A stretch of DNA of 64,000 nucleotides. It comes from Antedon mediterranea. Taxonomy: Eukaryota; Animalia; Echinodermata. How positions within the stretch are numbered: position 1 is the first letter of the stretch; every line of letters starts with the position of its first letter. Shown in pieces: positions 62,369-64,000 of the stretch. Position numbers and translations under genes: made by a program. The stretch is taken from NCBI RefSeq assembly GCF_964355755.1, contig NC_092676.1, positions 6,115,888 to 6,179,887 on the forward strand, written 5' to 3'. Below the pieces are notes generated by a model that was not told the DNA's origin, ran no database searches, and saw nothing but the letters and a program-made list of their open reading frames with translations.

Positions 62369-64000
62369 TACCTTTTATATTTTAGGTCTTAATACTTGTG
62401 TTATTCATGTACTGATGCTATAATCTTGCTTGGTTTAATTTTGTTATGTTATTTTAAAACCATCACTGTTTGTTCTGTGTTGGCTAAGTCACTATTTAAC
62501 ACTTATCTAAGTTGCTAGTTATATTATTACTACTGCAAAATGTTTTTTTTTATAAAATAGTAAATTAAAAAAATATACTGCATATCTCATTAAGAAATCT
62601 AAATATGGTCAAAGAGTTAACAAACCTTTAACGGTGGTCACAATAGAATTTATGAGATACCGTAACACTTGGCATGTTGGGTCTTGCTTGTACACACGTC
62701 CTAAATATGCTTTTTAGTATTGTTTTGTGGCATAATCCATTTGGCTACCTAAAAATCTGAAGGCTTCATGGACGTAATAATCTTCCTAAATGCACAGACC
62801 CTCCTATGCCTAGAATACAAACAGTATCTTTATGTATCTTCCCTTAACATATAAAGAAAAATACTAAAAAAATATTTGATAATATATAGCAATAATGTTC
62901 AAATAAGAAATAAAACTGTTTGTCAATAATTTGGGAGTTTTTCCACAAAAAGAGCTTTGTGCAATGATGATGATTGTGATGCTGTGATGATGATATTGAT
63001 AATAATAATGATTTGGCCCTAATAATATGCAATGCATGAATGATTAAAGAGCCATGGAGAAACAAACAAACTCAGGGGTTATAAAACAATATTAAGAAAA
63101 CGCACACACTTAAATGTGAAACTTCCCATACACAAACGAGCTTCCATGATAAACATCTTTGTGTCAAAGGTCAATGAAACGTCCTTTCGCAAACCTAACA
63201 TTTATGGATTGATCAACAAACGTTACTTAAAAATATTGGTTTCGGTCACAATGTTTTGGTCTGGAAAAAAATTATGCAAATTTGGACAAATTGAATAATG
63301 GAAGTTGCCAACGATGTGTTACACATTATTTTTGCATTATTGCTCAGATCTTGCCAAAGCTGATAAAGGAGGTTGAAAACGAAAAAAAAGATGTTTGTTT
63401 TCGGAATTATAAAGCTTTGCTTTTTTTTTATTTTAAAAAGTTTATTAAGGAGAATTTATTCGTTATGTATGGATGCTGCAGATTGCCGTGTCAAATCCAA
63501 ATTGTATTCTTAAAAAACATAAAAAACTAAAAAAAAACAAAAGAATATTATAAAAACATTGTTTGGTAGGTTAACATGTTTTGAAATCCTTCCTTTTGAT
63601 TGGAGTTTCCCAGAGGGGCATGCTCCAATTATTTGTATACATTTTGTACATAGAGAATACAGGGTTTTTACCAAATAACTAAACAGGTTTAATTAGTTTT
63701 TAGTAAAATATATGCAAAATACACACAAATGTGTTGTTTGTTTTCCAAAAATCTGAATAATTGGAAAACGTTTTTGACACCGAACGCATTTTATGCAAGC
63801 ACAAACATTTTTTTTAAATTTAATTTTTTCTGTTAAATTTTAAAATAAACAATTTATAATTCAATAAACATAAATTGTCAAGAATTGAATGCGTCACAAT
63901 AATAAATAATAATTAACATCCAGTATTATTTAAATATTAGCTTATATACTAGCTATTATCACTACTATATATATATATTTTTACTCATTAATTAGATTTC

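Overview
AT-rich eukaryotic (metazoan) genomic DNA, probably from an invertebrate deuterostome (an inference from the protein C-terminus and the SINE type). The window holds one complete spliced gene on the + strand: a STAR-family RNA-binding protein, Quaking/HOW (qki). Its 8 coding exons, reconstructed by hand, are 9103-9358, 21473-21603, 36941-37057, 37503-37646, 53350-53467, 55958-56245, 57059-57130 and 60210-60226 (about 380 aa, all introns GT-AG and phase-compatible), and it ends in a vertebrate QKI-5-like tail (RDHPYQR...AVTGN*). The introns are full of mobile DNA: (1) a three-level nest in intron 2, an 8.6-kb TIR element containing a Sola-like TIR element containing an intact single-ORF APE-RT LINE; (2) about 10 copies of a PIF/Harbinger-type MITE plus other MITEs; (3) tRNA-derived SINEs, a Helentron/DINE-1-like element and a tRNA-Asp(ATC)-like cloverleaf; (4) two minisatellites. 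I found no evidence of a new multi-gene system. The best leads are a strong excess of TA-CAG-TA / TA-CTG-TA transposon-excision footprints (demonstrable inside MITE copies), ACUAAY sites clustered around the terminal qki exons including a candidate stop-containing cassette exon (possible autoregulation), the transposon nest, and inverted MITEs flanking an in-frame exon pair (possible circRNA). Nearly all short ORFs in the supplied track are spurious.
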